From the NCBI RefSeq assembly GCF_023169545.1, contig NZ_AP019769.1, positions 1 through 32,000 on the forward strand: a DNA stretch of 32,000 nt, written 5' to 3'. This stretch comes from Nanobdella aerobiophila (GTDB lineage: Archaea; Nanobdellota; Nanobdellia; Nanobdellales; Nanobdellaceae). Shown piece by piece: positions 31,774 to 32,000 of this stretch. The translations under genes were made by a program, and so were the position numbers. The notes beneath the pieces are model-generated. The model saw nothing but the letters and a program-made list of their open reading frames with translations. It was not told the origin of the DNA and did not search any database. The first letter of the stretch is position 1, and every line of letters starts with the position of its first letter.

Positions 31774-32000
31774 ATGGATATATATGTATGTAATCTATGT
31801 GGGCATATATTAAGTGGATCTAATAAATATAATAAACATATAATTAAATCGCATATATTAAAGGGTAGATATAATCATAGAAAATTTAAGAAATTACAGA
31901 ATAAGGTATTATTTATAAATGTGAAGGATGAGAACAATATACCCCTGAATCTTGAAGAAAGATATATAAGATCAAAGATAAAAAGAAAGATATTAAAATT
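31774..32000 (+). CDS. Partial ORF for a basic C2H2-type zinc-finger protein (runs off the window)
   Basis: Manual translation gives MDIYVCNLCGHILSGSNKYNKHIIKSHILKGRYNHRKFKKLQNKVLFINVKDENNIPLNLEERYIRSKIKRKILK... The CxxC-x12-HxxxxH spacing is that of a C2H2 finger. The frame is open to the window end. Confidence 0.4.
   Translation, partial: MDIYVCNLCGHILSGSNKYNKHIIKSHILKGRYNHRKFKKLQNKVLFINVKDENNIPLNLEERYIRSKIKRKILK

Noticed and set aside
1-32000. Search for CRISPR arrays, regularly spaced direct repeats, terminal inverted repeats, transposase, integrase or phage-like genes, rRNA or other GC-rich structural RNAs, and C/D box sRNAs (RUGAUGA...CUGA) in the spacers.
   Set aside because: Nothing convincing was found by eye. 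The only GC islands are the two tRNAs. UGAUGA-like strings occur only inside coding regions or without a partner D box. Short AT-rich repeats are expected by chance at this composition.

Overview
All calls were made by eye from the sequence and the ORF track, with no database searches. This is an extremely AT-rich (roughly three quarters A+T by eye), tightly packed archaeal chromosome segment. About 30 protein genes are present. Many are joined by 1-nt or 4-nt (ATGA) stop/start overlaps, and most first-in-unit genes have a TATA box about 25 nt upstream of the ATG, which suggests leaderless mRNAs.

The content is almost entirely core information processing:
- Replication: Orc1/Cdc6 plus the PolD small subunit (probably origin-proximal), MCM, topoisomerase IA, thymidylate kinase.
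- Transcription and RNA processing: RpoL, TBP, aCPSF1/FttA, Nop5, fibrillarin.
- Translation: ABCE1, IleRS, ArgRS, EF-1alpha, aIF-2beta, aIF-1A, S10, an NMD3-like protein.
- Other: a PIN/PilT-type ATPase and proteasome beta.

There are two GC-rich tRNA genes, an intron-containing tRNA-Ile(UAU) and tRNA-Trp(CCA). AT-rich coding DNA with GC-rich tRNA stems, scattered ribosomal operon genes and tRNA-Ile(UAU) together suggest a thermophilic reduced-genome archaeon of the Nanoarchaeota/DPANN type (inference).

I found no CRISPR array, transposase, integrase or recognisable defence island, and nothing that looks like a self-contained novel system. The best leads are:
- an uncharacterised OB-fold plus winged-helix protein translationally coupled between MCM and aIF-2beta;
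- a 12-TM domain fused to a SAM methyltransferase and coupled to a half-length NFACT/Rqc2 homologue;
- a minimal GH1-like glycosidase;
- two tandem mini-pilins;
- three small genes or gene remnants missing from the ORF track: a zinc ribbon, a 41-aa acidic Trp-containing peptide, and a start-less Cys-containing frame.
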